Below are positions 17,140 to 27,715 of a stretch of DNA of 32,204 nucleotides, piece after piece (position 1 is the stretch's first letter; each line of letters begins with the position of its first letter). The position numbers and the translations under genes are program-made. The stretch spans positions 1 through 32,204 of the forward strand of contig JANRJA010000016.1 in NCBI GenBank assembly GCA_033764315.1, written 5' to 3'. A model generated the notes under the pieces. The model saw only the letters and a list, made by a program, of their open reading frames with translations, was not told the origin of the DNA and searched no databases. This DNA comes from Oculatellaceae cyanobacterium bins.114 (GTDB lineage Bacteria > Cyanobacteriota > Cyanobacteriia > Elainellales > Elainellaceae).

Positions 17140-17697
17140 GATAACAACTACCCGTTTTCGGTGGGGCGTCCTCCAGCCATTGATAACAACGAGATTTTGT
17201 TACTGCAACTCGACACTCCACTAAACCTGGATCTTCGGGTTGGTGCAGCCGCCCTCGATCGCGATATTACTCAGGGGTCAGCTCGACGAGATCTTTTGGT
17301 TGGTGATGCCGATGTAGACGACTTTATGTTTGGGGGTGGCGGCAACGATCGCCTTAACGGGTTGGGTGGCAATGATCAACTCTATGGCGATCGGGGCAAT
17401 GATCTTTTGATTGGCGAAAACGGCAACGACTTTTTTCGGGGTGGATTGGGTCGGGATGTGTATGTGGGTGGTAGTGGGCGCGATCGCTTTGTATTGGCAC
17501 TGGGCGAAGGAGCCGATGTGATTCGTGACTTTAGTCGGGGCGATCGCATCGCTCTGGCAGGCGGGCTAACCACTTCGCAAGTCAGAGTGCGCGATCGGGG
17601 AGATAACACCCTGATCTTCTCAGGCAATCAACTGCTGGCAACGCTCATCGGGGTTGACGCTAGCGATTTAAGCCGATCTAGCTTTGTGACGGTTTGA
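17140..17697 (+). pseudogene. 5'-truncated remnant of a phytase-like (esterase-like activity of phytase) domain plus RTX Ca-binding repeat protein
   Basis: In-frame sequence upstream of the called GTG gives [24 protein letters not shown], matching the last motif of phytase-like beta-propellers. GGxGxD repeats and D.I.DF...D.I.L follow. There is no ATG or RBS, and it begins 12 nt after the ABC stop codon. Confidence 0.65.
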
Positions 17698-17711
17698 TTT
17701 AACCGTTAGGA

Positions 17712-17746
17712 GTGAATCGGTGTGGGCTTAATCTACACCGATTCAC
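17712..17746. terminator. Hairpin with a 12-bp perfect stem just downstream of the RTX remnant; possible terminator
   Basis: GTGAATCGGTGT-N11-ACACCGATTCAC; no clear U-tract. Confidence 0.45.
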
Positions 17747-18080
17747 ACGTCTAAAACCTATCAATGGCAACTATCGAGGCAGTTGAGACAAAGGGGGTAA
17801 GGGGCAGTGACCTCAGCCAGGGGTGGAGCCTCTTGTGGGTGCGTCTTCTTCTATACCTTCTTTAGATTGGCTGCCATTGTGCTGTCATTGTATTGATGCC
17901 CTGGATGCTTAGTACAACTCGTCGTAAATAGGGGTGGGAATTTGAGGTGCAGGGGTTTTATCTGCGAACCCTGTCTGTGAAAAGCAGTACTTAGCAATTT
18001 TGATCCTGGAAAACAAGGATTGATTAATCTTCTTATTACAATCTTCAAGATTTTGTGAAGTTCAGTATAATCGCATACGG

Positions 18081-18110
18081 TTTAACGAAGCCATAGAGCG
18101 TTCTTAACCT
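18081..18110 (+). promoter_or_regulatory. Possible cyanobacterial Pho box (SphR/PhoB site)
   Basis: TTTAACGA (18081-88) and a perfect CTTAACCT (18103-10) lie 22 bp apart, in 11-bp phase; the middle unit is poor. It sits upstream of an extracellular nuclease gene. Confidence 0.4.
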
Positions 18111-18395
18111 AAACATGAGATTTATATATTTGGGCATACGTGAGATTACCGAGTAATTAATATGCCTTGGGTTTCTGGCGTTTTTCCTAGGTTTTTTAGG
18201 TCAGATCGTCGGGGAGTAGTCCTCACTAATCCCTGAACTCTAGCTTTCAAGAATTTTATCCGTTGACCCACAGCAGATTGTTCCGATAGGGACGCTGACA
18301 ATGTCTGCTGCCCATTTGTTTTGCGCGTTTTTTTGAATTTGAGGGCGATCGCCCCTGTCTCACAGCAATCTTGCTCACTTTACAAGGAGTTCTTT

Positions 18396-21300
18396 ATGCC
18401 GCTCAATGCTGGCGATATCGCTTTTGTCGGTTTTAATGCTGATGGCAATGACAATATTGCCTTTGTTGCACTCACTGATATTAATATTGGCGAAGTCATT
18501 ATTTTTGAAGACAACGAATGGAACGGTACGACCTTTGTTGACACTAATGAAGGCGCATTTAGCTGGACAGCCACGACTCTGGTTTCTGCGGGGACTATCG
18601 TTCGGATTGACAATATTGGGACAGGCACGATCGCCGCTAGCACTGGAACGGCGGCAACTCCCGTCACAGGACGAGGCACAAACCGAGGAATTGGGGCAAG
18701 TGGCGAGACCATTTACGCCTATCAAGGCTCTGCTACATCTCCTACCTTCCTTACCGCGATCACTAATGGTGGGTTTTCAGCAACCAATGGTGTGTTAACC
18801 AACACTGGTTTAACGGCTGGGAGCAATGCTATTGACCTGTCAACTGTTGACCTTGATGCTGACATTGCTGCCTATACAGGTTCTCGCACTGGGCAAGCAA
18901 ATTTCAGTGGGTATCGATCGCTGATTAATAATGCGACAAACTGGATTACTCAAGATGCTACTGGAGATCAGAGTATTGATAGCACCGCTCCCGATGTTCC
19001 CTTTAGTGCCACTGCGTTTACGACCGATATTGTGGTTGCAACCCCAACAGTCACGATCGCCGCGACCGATGCCACTGCTGCTGAAACATTAGCCTCAGAA
19101 GCATCTAACCCTGGTACCTTCCGCATTACTCGCACGGGCGACACCACCAACTCTCTGACGGTGAACTATACCGTTTCGGGGCAAGCGACAAACGGCACAG
19201 ATTACACTCCAAACCTGACGGGTACTGCACTGATCGCGGCTGGTCAGTCTTTTGTTGATGTCACGATTACGCCAGTTGATGATGCTGACTTTGAAGGGAG
19301 CGAAACCATTACCCTAACACTCGTTGATGCGGCTGATTATGATTTGGGTGCAACAACTGCGGCAAATGTGGCGATCGCCGATAATGATGTTGCTCCACCT
19401 ACTCCAACGCTGATCATCTCTGAAGTGCACCCTTCTGGCAGCGGTAACGGCACCTACGCCGCTGACTGGTTTGAAGTAACCAACACGGGCACCAGCGATG
19501 TAGACATTACTGGCTGGAGGATTGACGATGGCTCCAATGTCTTTGCCTCAGCGGTCGCACTCCGAGGCGTAACGACCATCCCTGCTGGAAAGTCAGTGAT
19601 TTTCTTTGAGGGCAACGCGACGGGCTCAACTGATGCCGCGATCATTGCGGCTTTCTCCACAGCTTGGTTTGGCACGGCTACACCGCCCGCTGGCTTCCTG
19701 ATTGGGGCCTATGGGGGTTCGGGTGTGGGGCTGAGTAGTGGAGGAGACGCTGTAAATCTGTTTGATGCAAGCGAAAACCGCATTACAGGGATCAGCTTTG
19801 GGGCTGCCAATAGCACCACAACCTTTGATAACGCCGCGGGTGCGGGTAGCACGATACTCCCATTACCAACCGTTTCTACGTTAAGTGCCACTGGGGTCAA
19901 TGGTGGGTCGGTCTCATTTAATGGAGCAGAAACCGGATCGCCTGGTGCGATCGCCAACTCAGCCCTGCCGACTGTAACGATCGCCGCGACCGATGCTACC
20001 GCTGCTGAAGCAGGACAAGATCCCGGCACCTTCCGCATTGCTCGGACAGGGGCACTAACCGATAATCTGATAGTGGCATACGCATTTGTCGTAGGAACCG
20101 GGCAAGCTAGCAGCGACGACTACACCCCTGCTCTGACGGGTGTAGCGACGATCGCAGCGGGGCAGTCGTTTGTCGATATCACCATCACCCCTGTAGACGA
20201 TCTAGACGTGGAAGGGGCAGAAACCCTAACGCTGGTGCTGTCATCCAGCCCCAGCTATAGCCTTGGGGTTGCCACCGCTACCGTGACGATCGCCGATAAC
20301 GATGTCTCTCTCAATGCTCCTCCCACGATTCAAGAAAGTACAGCAACTCCGTTTGTTAACTTAGCCACCACCGGATCGGGTTTTGTTAGCGGCGTGATCA
20401 ATGACCCTACCGACCCTGCTAGCAGCCTGGGCATTGACTTTGCGATCGCCGATCCCGATACGTCCACTGGCAACCTGACCGTCACGGTCAGCAGCAGCAA
20501 CCAAGCGGTTGTCTCTAATGCCAACCTGACCCTCAGCGGCACAGATGCTACTCGCAATCTAAAAATTACTCCCAGCAGTGTTGGCTTTGCCGATATTACC
20601 GTCACCGTCAGCGATGGCACCAGCACGGCTAACTATGTGATCAACTACGCGGCGTCGGCAGCGTCGGTGAATCCTTTGACAACCCGCTTTCACACGGGCA
20701 CCAGTGATGCCTCCACCGCGATCGCCATTGATGCTGACTATATGTTGGTGGCGGATGACGAAGACCAGACCATTCGCCTGTACGATCGCAACGATTCGGG
20801 TCTGCGATTAAATTCCTTTGACTTCACGGCTAACTTGGGCTTAAGCGGCTCTAGCGAAGTCGATATCGAAGGGTCTACCCGCGTGGGCAACACGATCTAC
20901 TGGACGGGTTCCCACAGCAACAACAGCAGCGGCAACAACCGCGATAACCGCGAGCGGATTTTTTCGACCACGGTATCGGGAACGGGGGCTAACACCACCC
21001 TCAGCTTTGGCGACTATTACTCCTTTTTAGAAGATGACCTGATCGCCTGGGATAACGCCAACGGTCACGGTTTGGGATCCGGAGCACTGGGCTTGGCGAA
21101 CAGTGCAGCCGATGGCGTACTTCCAGAACAGACGAGCGGCTTCAACATTGAGGGGTTGACGATCGCCCCCGATGGCACTACCGCCTATGTCTCTTTCCGC
21201 GCTCCGCTAGAACCCACCAGCACCCGCACCAATGCGCTGATTGTGCCCGTCCAAAATTTTGCCAGCTTGATTGATGATAACAATGTCGGTAGCCGTGCCG

Positions 21301-24300
21301 CTGGTTCCGCTACCTTTGGCGCACCGATTTTCCTGGATTTGGGTGGACGCGGCATTCGTAGCATTGAACGCAACAGTGCTGGGGAGTACTTGATCGTGGC
21401 GGGTACGGCAACGGCTGGAAACGACTTCAAACTCTATACCTGGACGGGCAACCCGGCGAATGCTCCAGTGGAGCGATTGACCAACCTAACAGCACTGCTG
21501 GCCGATGGCAGCTTTGAGTCGATTGTTGAAGTCCCCGATAGCTTGACCACGGGTAGTGCCATTCAGGTGTTGGTGGATAACGGCGATAGCGTTTGGTACA
21601 ACAACGGCACGATCTCTAAAGACCTGGCCCAAGACAACTTCCAGAAATTCCGCAGCGAAACCATAACGCTGGGAGCCGCCAATATTCCCAATCCGGTGAT
21701 CAACGAGTTTGTGTTTGACCACACCGGAACGGACACAAACGAATACATTGAAATCTTGGGTGCGCCTAACACCAACTATTCCAGCTTTAGCCTGTTGGTG
21801 ATTGAGGGAGATAGCGGCTCTGCCATTGGCAACATTGACCGGGTTATTCCTCTAGGCACAACCGATGCCAATGGTTTCTTTGTCGCATCGTCCAACAATG
21901 TCCTGGAAAATGGCACCCAAACCCTGTTGCTGGTTGAAAACTTTACTGGGGTAGTCAACACTGATTTAGATACCAACGATGATGGCGTTTTAGATGCCAC
22001 GCCTTGGGGCACCATTGTAGACAGTGTGGCAGTGAATGAACTCAAAGCGGGCGATCGCACCTACTCCCCCGTTGTGCTAGATCAGTTCTTTGACGATGCC
22101 GCCTTCACGTCCACCTTTGAGCCAGGTGGTGCGTCCCGCATTCCCAATGGCACCGATACAAACTCAACCAGTGATTGGGTTCGCAACGACTTTGATTTAG
22201 CGGGTATCACCGGGCTTACCGGAACTCCCGCTCCTGGTGAGGCATTCAACACGCGTGGAGCGGTCAATGCTGTGGTTCCTGTCCCTCCCGGTATTCGCAT
22301 TGCTCAGTCGGGTGGCAATACTCAAGTGAGTGAAGCAGGTACCACTACCGATACCTATACGATCGCTCTGGCAACCACTCCCACTAACTCAGTCACAGTG
22401 CAGATTGGCTCAACGGTTGCGACCGCAGGGCAAGTTCAACTCAGCACCGATGGCGTCACCTTCTCCAATACGGTCAGCGTTACGCTGAGCAACACCACCC
22501 CAGTCACCATCACGGTTCGGGCAGTGGATGATGCGATCGCGGAAGGGGCGCACACTGCCGTCTTGACCCATACGGCAACAAGTTCTGATGCATCATATAA
22601 CGGCATTACCGTGACGGATGTAACCGTAGGCATTCAGGATGATGAAGCTGCAATCACTGCCATTAACCAGATTCAAGGAGCGGCGCACATTTCGCCTCTG
22701 CAAGGTCAAACCGTTGTCACTCAAGGGATTGTGACGGCTCTGTTTGCCAATCCGCCATCGGGCTATGGTCGCGGCTTCTACTTGCAAAACCCCAATCCTG
22801 ATGCCAATGAGGCTACGTCGGAAGCCATCTTCGTTTTTGTGGGCGCATCAGGCGCACTGCCCACCGTGGGTTCCTCGGTGCAAGTCACTGGACGGGTCGA
22901 TGAATTCCGCCGTGCCAATAATGCCAACAACCTGACGGTGACTCAACTGAATGCTACTGTTGCGGGTGCTTCGGTGAATGCGATCGCCTCCTTAGGTGCG
23001 ATCGCGCCTACCATTCTTGGCAACGGGGGACGCGCCATTCCCAATCAGGTGATCGACAACGACACCACAGGCAACATCGAAACGGGCACGACCACCTTTG
23101 ATCCGGCGCAAGATGGCATTGACTTCTACGAAAGTGTGGAAGGGATGTTGGTGCAGGTTAACAACTCAGTAGCCACTAGCCCTACGGCTACCTTCACCAA
23201 TAACCGTGAACTCTGGGTTTTGGCAGACAACGGCGTGAATGCCACCAGCCAAACCGCTGAGGGAGGCAGCCTGATTACCGCAACCGACTTTAATCCCGAA
23301 CGGATTCAGTTGGATGACGTGTTAATTCGCTCTGCCACTCCGCTGCCGGATGCCAATGTTGGTGCTCAAATCAGCACGGCAACTGGGGTTGTAGACTACA
23401 ACTTCCAAAACTTTGAAGTGTTGTTGACCGCTGGTGTGACTCAAACCACGCCTAGTCCCATTACCAAAGAAGTCACAAACCTGACCTCGACAGACCCCAA
23501 TCAATTGACGGTTGCGACCTTTAACGTCGAGAACCTTGACCCCGGTGATGGCGCAGCCCAGTTTGCTGCACTGGCAAATGCGATTGTCAATAATCTGAAG
23601 TCGCCCGACATCATCAACCTGGAAGAGATTCAAGATAATAACGGTGCAACGAATGACAGTGTGGTGGATGCGTCTGTCACTTTCCAAACGTTGATTAATG
23701 CGATCGCCGCGGCGGGGGGGCCCACCTATGAGTTTCGTCAGATCAACCCGGTGGATGACACCAATGGGGGTGAACCCGGCGGCAACATTCGGGTAGGCTT
23801 CCTCTTTAATCCAACACGGGTTGATTTTGTCGATCGCCCCGGTGGAACGGCAACCACTGCCACAACCGTCAGCAATGTTGGTGGAGTGCCCCAACCCTCT
23901 GCTAGTCCTGGTTTGATTGACCCGACTAACTCTGCCTTTAATGCCAGCCGCAAGCCCTTAGTCGGTGAGTTTCTCTTCAATGGTCAGACGGTGTTTGTGG
24001 TGGGCAACCACTTCAACTCCAAGGGTGGCGACCAATCTTTGTTTGGTCCCAACCAACCTCCGACCCTCAACAGTGAAGTGCAACGCAACCAGCAGGCAAC
24101 GCTAGTGCGCGATTTCGTTCGCAGCATTCTAGCAATTAACCCCAACGCTAACGTGGTGGTTGCAGGCGACCTCAATGACTTCGAGTTCTCAAACCCGCTG
24201 ACGATTCTTGAAGACAATGGTGCTCTCAACACCCTGATTGAAACCCTGCCTGCCAATGAACGCTATACCTACAACTTCCAGGGCAATGCTCAAACCCTCG

Positions 24301-26309
24301 ATCACATTTTGGTCAGTGACAACCTGTTGACCAATCTAAGTGGGTTTGATGTGGTTCACTTTAACTCTGAGTTTGCCGATCAGATCAGTGACCACGACCC
24401 GATCGTGGCTCGGTTTAACCTGCCTGTGCCCAATGCGGCTCCGACAGCGGTTAACCTAACGAACACAGTCACGACCCTGGCTGAAAACACCAGCACCAAC
24501 AACCGCATCTTTGTCGCTGATATCAGCGTCACCGATGATAGCTTAGGCACCAACGGTCTCAGCCTCAGCGGTACTGATGCAGGCTTCTTTGAAATTGACG
24601 GCAATCAACTCTTCCTCAAAGCCAATACAGCACTCAACTTTGAAGGTAAGCCCAGCTACGCCGTGACCGTGAATGCGGATGATGTGACGGTGGGCAACAC
24701 CCCAGATGCCAGCACCAACTTCACCCTGAATCTCACCAATGTCAATGAGACCCCGGTTGCGGTGGATGACAGTGTCAGCACGACTGACCTACAGGCAGTG
24801 GTCATCTCTGTGCTTGCAAATGATGACGATGTCGATGCCAACGATCCATTGGTGATTGACTCGTTCACTAACCCGGCTAACGGTTCTCTCGTCAAAAACG
24901 GTAACAACACCTTTACCTACACACCAACTACAGGTTTTGAGGGTAGTGACAGCTTCACTTATACCCTTAAAGATGTGGGCGGTTTAACCTCCACTGCCAC
25001 AGTCAGCATTACCGTGACGCAAGGTGCAAATCTGATTATCGGAACCAACGGCAACGACAATCTGACGGGCACCAATCGGGCTGATGAGATTCGAGCATTG
25101 GCGGGCAACGACACCCTGAATGGTGGATTGGCAGCCGATATTCTGAAGGGTGGACTGGGTAATGACACCTACATTGTTGATGCAGGCGATGTGATTGTTG
25201 AGAACCTCAATGAAGGCACTGATTTGGTGCGCTCTTCTATCTCTTGGACGTTAGCTGACAACGTTGAGAACCTAACCTTGACGGGTTCTGCTGCCATCAA
25301 CGGTACAGGTAATGACCTTGCTAACGTGCTCACGGGCAACAGCGCAAGCAACACTCTGAGTGGCTTGGGTGGCAATGACACCCTCGACGGTCAAACTGGC
25401 AATGATGTGATGTTTGGTGGCTTAGGCGATGATACTTACATCGTCAATAGTTCCGGCGACGTGGTGAATGAAAACCTTGATGAGGGAACTGATCTGGTGC
25501 GTTCCTCAGTTTCGATCGCCGCTTTAAGTGACAATGTTGAAAACCTGACCTTGACGGGCAACAATGACATCAATGGCACAGGCAACGACCTTGCCAATGT
25601 GATCACAGGGAATGATCAACGAAATGTTCTCACTGGCTTGGGTGGCGATGACATTTTGGAGGGCAAGGGCGATCGCGATACTCTGATCGGAGGTCTGGAC
25701 AACGATACCTACATCGTCAACAGTTCTAGCGATCGCACCACTGAAAACTTCAACGAAGGCACGGATCTGGTGCAATCCTCGGTGTCGTGGACCTTGGGCA
25801 ACAACGTTGAAAACCTAACCTTGACGGGCACTAGCTCGATCAACGGTACAGGCAACTCGCTGGATAACATCATCATCGGCAACAGCCGACGCAACGTTCT
25901 CAGCGGACGCGATGGCAACGACACTCTGATCGGTGGCAGTGGTGATGATGAGTTGATCGGGGGCAGCGGCAACGACATCCTGATTGGAGGGAGTGGCAAC
26001 GACACGGCAACAGGCAACAGTGGCAACGATACGTTTGTCTACACTGCCTTTGGCGATCGCACTGACCGCATCACCGACTTCAACACCACGCAAGACACCC
26101 TTGACTTGAGTGCTCTGTTGGATAGCCTGCCCTATGCTGGTTCTACGCCTACAACCGATGGATTCCTACGGTTTACGCGCTCTGGCTCCAGCACATTGGT
26201 GCAAATTGATCAAAATGGCTTAACGGGTGGTGCTAGCTTTAGCACCCTGGTGACACTCAACAATGTCAACCCCAGCAACCTGGTTGTTGGCGGCAACGTG
26301 CTGGTGTAA
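18396..26309 (+). CDS. Giant type I-secreted (RTX) multidomain extracellular nuclease: Calx-beta, lamin-tail-like domains, DUF3616-like propeller, ExeM/NucH-type EEP nuclease, cadherin/Ig-like domains, RTX repeats and T1SS C-terminal target
   Basis: ATG 18396 follows AAGGAG. Calx-beta-like GTFRITRTG...TDY...TITPVDD...EG.ET occurs twice. LTD-like LIISEV...DWFEV.N and VINEF...EYIEI. DUF3616-like DIEG..., FNIEGL and LDLGGRGIR. Nuclease motifs INQIQG, GFYLQ, NPERI, VATFNVENL, LEEIQD, NHFNSK, GDLND, LDHIL and SDHDP. GGxGND repeats and DRITDF...DTLDLSALL. Confidence 0.92.
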   Translation: MPLNAGDIAFVGFNADGNDNIAFVALTDINIGEVIIFEDNEWNGTTFVDTNEGAFSWTATTLVSAGTIVRIDNIGTGTIAASTGTAATPVTGRGTNRGIGASGETIYAYQGSATSPTFLTAITNGGFSATNGVLTNTGLTAGSNAIDLSTVDLDADIAAYTGSRTGQANFSGYRSLINNATNWITQDATGDQSIDSTAPDVPFSATAFTTDIVVATPTVTIAATDATAAETLASEASNPGTFRITRTGDTTNSLTVNYTVSGQATNGTDYTPNLTGTALIAAGQSFVDVTITPVDDADFEGSETITLTLVDAADYDLGATTAANVAIADNDVAPPTPTLIISEVHPSGSGNGTYAADWFEVTNTGTSDVDITGWRIDDGSNVFASAVALRGVTTIPAGKSVIFFEGNATGSTDAAIIAAFSTAWFGTATPPAGFLIGAYGGSGVGLSSGGDAVNLFDASENRITGISFGAANSTTTFDNAAGAGSTILPLPTVSTLSATGVNGGSVSFNGAETGSPGAIANSALPTVTIAATDATAAEAGQDPGTFRIARTGALTDNLIVAYAFVVGTGQASSDDYTPALTGVATIAAGQSFVDITITPVDDLDVEGAETLTLVLSSSPSYSLGVATATVTIADNDVSLNAPPTIQESTATPFVNLATTGSGFVSGVINDPTDPASSLGIDFAIADPDTSTGNLTVTVSSSNQAVVSNANLTLSGTDATRNLKITPSSVGFADITVTVSDGTSTANYVINYAASAASVNPLTTRFHTGTSDASTAIAIDADYMLVADDEDQTIRLYDRNDSGLRLNSFDFTANLGLSGSSEVDIEGSTRVGNTIYWTGSHSNNSSGNNRDNRERIFSTTVSGTGANTTLSFGDYYSFLEDDLIAWDNANGHGLGSGALGLANSAADGVLPEQTSGFNIEGLTIAPDGTTAYVSFRAPLEPTSTRTNALIVPVQNFASLIDDNNVGSRAAGSATFGAPIFLDLGGRGIRSIERNSAGEYLIVAGTATAGNDFKLYTWTGNPANAPVERLTNLTALLADGSFESIVEVPDSLTTGSAIQVLVDNGDSVWYNNGTISKDLAQDNFQKFRSETITLGAANIPNPVINEFVFDHTGTDTNEYIEILGAPNTNYSSFSLLVIEGDSGSAIGNIDRVIPLGTTDANGFFVASSNNVLENGTQTLLLVENFTGVVNTDLDTNDDGVLDATPWGTIVDSVAVNELKAGDRTYSPVVLDQFFDDAAFTSTFEPGGASRIPNGTDTNSTSDWVRNDFDLAGITGLTGTPAPGEAFNTRGAVNAVVPVPPGIRIAQSGGNTQVSEAGTTTDTYTIALATTPTNSVTVQIGSTVATAGQVQLSTDGVTFSNTVSVTLSNTTPVTITVRAVDDAIAEGAHTAVLTHTATSSDASYNGITVTDVTVGIQDDEAAITAINQIQGAAHISPLQGQTVVTQGIVTALFANPPSGYGRGFYLQNPNPDANEATSEAIFVFVGASGALPTVGSSVQVTGRVDEFRRANNANNLTVTQLNATVAGASVNAIASLGAIAPTILGNGGRAIPNQVIDNDTTGNIETGTTTFDPAQDGIDFYESVEGMLVQVNNSVATSPTATFTNNRELWVLADNGVNATSQTAEGGSLITATDFNPERIQLDDVLIRSATPLPDANVGAQISTATGVVDYNFQNFEVLLTAGVTQTTPSPITKEVTNLTSTDPNQLTVATFNVENLDPGDGAAQFAALANAIVNNLKSPDIINLEEIQDNNGATNDSVVDASVTFQTLINAIAAAGGPTYEFRQINPVDDTNGGEPGGNIRVGFLFNPTRVDFVDRPGGTATTATTVSNVGGVPQPSASPGLIDPTNSAFNASRKPLVGEFLFNGQTVFVVGNHFNSKGGDQSLFGPNQPPTLNSEVQRNQQATLVRDFVRSILAINPNANVVVAGDLNDFEFSNPLTILEDNGALNTLIETLPANERYTYNFQGNAQTLDHILVSDNLLTNLSGFDVVHFNSEFADQISDHDPIVARFNLPVPNAAPTAVNLTNTVTTLAENTSTNNRIFVADISVTDDSLGTNGLSLSGTDAGFFEIDGNQLFLKANTALNFEGKPSYAVTVNADDVTVGNTPDASTNFTLNLTNVNETPVAVDDSVSTTDLQAVVISVLANDDDVDANDPLVIDSFTNPANGSLVKNGNNTFTYTPTTGFEGSDSFTYTLKDVGGLTSTATVSITVTQGANLIIGTNGNDNLTGTNRADEIRALAGNDTLNGGLAADILKGGLGNDTYIVDAGDVIVENLNEGTDLVRSSISWTLADNVENLTLTGSAAINGTGNDLANVLTGNSASNTLSGLGGNDTLDGQTGNDVMFGGLGDDTYIVNSSGDVVNENLDEGTDLVRSSVSIAALSDNVENLTLTGNNDINGTGNDLANVITGNDQRNVLTGLGGDDILEGKGDRDTLIGGLDNDTYIVNSSSDRTTENFNEGTDLVQSSVSWTLGNNVENLTLTGTSSINGTGNSLDNIIIGNSRRNVLSGRDGNDTLIGGSGDDELIGGSGNDILIGGSGNDTATGNSGNDTFVYTAFGDRTDRITDFNTTQDTLDLSALLDSLPYAGSTPTTDGFLRFTRSGSSTLVQIDQNGLTGGASFSTLVTLNNVNPSNLVVGGNVLV

Positions 26310-26329
26310 TTATCCTGCGCTTGTAACTT

Positions 26330-26362
26330 AGACACCGGGGTTCTTTAAGAACTCCGGTGTCT
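26330..26362. terminator. Hairpin between convergent genes; likely bidirectional terminator or palindromic repeat
   Basis: AGACACCGGGGTTCTT-T-AAGAACTCCGGTGTCT. Confidence 0.6.
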
Positions 26363-26364
26363 TG

Positions 26365-26802
26365 CTAAGGCAAATATTTTTGCACAACGATCCACCCGGA
26401 CAGACTGACTAGCGTAAATCCCACCAACAACACCAAATTCGTGCCTATATGCAAGGTGCGTGCCCAAGTACGCTCTGGATTAATTTGAGTCGCACTCCAG
26501 CCTGAGAGCAGTGTCAGCAACACGACAATAATTCCAGCGGGCAGATGAGCCGAGTGCCCCAAACTGCCAAAGTGCCCCAGTGTCCCAACAATGCCAATCG
26601 CCAGCAACAGCAACACCAGGCTAATCATCGTGATGCCAATGCCAAAATGGAGCGATCGCAACCAATCGGGTCGTGAGCCACCGCTCGAACGGCTATAAAA
26701 CATCCCTGTGCCTGTGGCAGCTAAAAGCACATAGGCGAGCAGTGACAAGCCCATAGACCAGGCTGCAATTCGCCAGAGCCATAAAAATGATGGAAGATTC
26801 AA
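26365..26802 (-). CDS. DUF4079-like small membrane protein (cytochrome b561-like His pattern)
   Basis: N-terminus MNLPSFLWLWRIAAWSMGLS typical of the cyanobacterial family, four TM helices, and His in RSLH, HSAHL and RTLH. Confidence 0.75.
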   Translation of the reverse strand: MNLPSFLWLWRIAAWSMGLSLLAYVLLAATGTGMFYSRSSGGSRPDWLRSLHFGIGITMISLVLLLLAIGIVGTLGHFGSLGHSAHLPAGIIVVLLTLLSGWSATQINPERTWARTLHIGTNLVLLVGFTLVSLSGWIVVQKYLP

Positions 26803-27110
26803 TGGAGGTTGCAGTCCAACTCAACACCCCTTTATTATGAGGTCTAAATTGAACTTAGACTCGGCATCACACCTGGCTCGGCATTAAATAAACTGACTGA
26901 AAAGAATAGTGAGAAGAATTGGAAAGAGTCTTGAGAAAGGACAGATGGAGTTTTGATAAAAGAGAAAACCTTAGAGAAGCAATCTTGTTAAGAGGGAACA
27001 CACAACTTTGATCTAATTAAATCTTTAGACTATGTCGGCAATACTTTGGGCGATCGCCAGACTAACGGCACCAACAGGGTATGAAAACTTGTTTTTCTAC
27101 GATTAGAATC

Positions 27111-27467
27111 TTATTCAGCAAGAACAGAAACAGCCGTGCGCGTTTCCTGCGCTATTTTACTCAACCCCAACCCCGTACCAATTGGTTCAACAGCAGGTGC
27201 TGCTTCTTCCTCCTCTTGCAATTGCAGCCGATAGCAGGGAATGGTGTCTGATAAAATGGCACTCGCCATCATTCCAGTGTGGATTTCTAGCAAGCCCTGA
27301 GGCATTGCCTCAAAGAGCAATCGTTGCCCTGGAAAAACAACTCGTTCAAAATACCAGTTAGATACATTGGTAATGCGAGCAATTTGAATTTTGCTCGTAG
27401 CGTTGACGTAACAGCAGAGAATTGGGTCAGAGCAATCTGGAGGTAAGGGATCAAAGATTTGAGCCAT
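27111..27467 (-). CDS. DUF1830 domain protein
   Basis: MAQIFDPLP...ILCCYVNATSKIQIARITN...YFERVVFPGQRLLFEA...LEIHTG...SDTIPC. The ATG at 27467 is preferred. Confidence 0.85.
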   Translation of the reverse strand: MAQIFDPLPPDCSDPILCCYVNATSKIQIARITNVSNWYFERVVFPGQRLLFEAMPQGLLEIHTGMMASAILSDTIPCYRLQLQEEEEAAPAVEPIGTGLGLSKIAQETRTAVSVLAE

Positions 27468-27715
27468 GACAGTTGAGGAGCTTAGCACCAAAAGGAACGA
27501 TTATAAGCAACCCTAACATCGGCTGATCCCTGTTAGCTGTAAACCCGACTACCAAGCATTTTTTGGTGAGCAATGCAATTTCTATAGCTCTCCTCGATTC
27601 CTTGCTATATATCGATCCCTTCTATCCCTGTGCACGCAACAAAAGTCAGTGGTATCGTAAAGTTATATGAAATTTAATTAATGAATCTGGTTTTTCTTGT
27701 CTTGTACAGGCTCCA

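Noticed and set aside
18321-18395. TTG start for the giant protein
   Set aside because: The ATG at 18396 has an AAGGAG RBS and begins the recognisable domain.
18375-26093. Numerous antisense ORFs within the giant gene and other CDSs
   Set aside because: They are shadow frames of a repetitive, codon-biased gene with no independent motifs.
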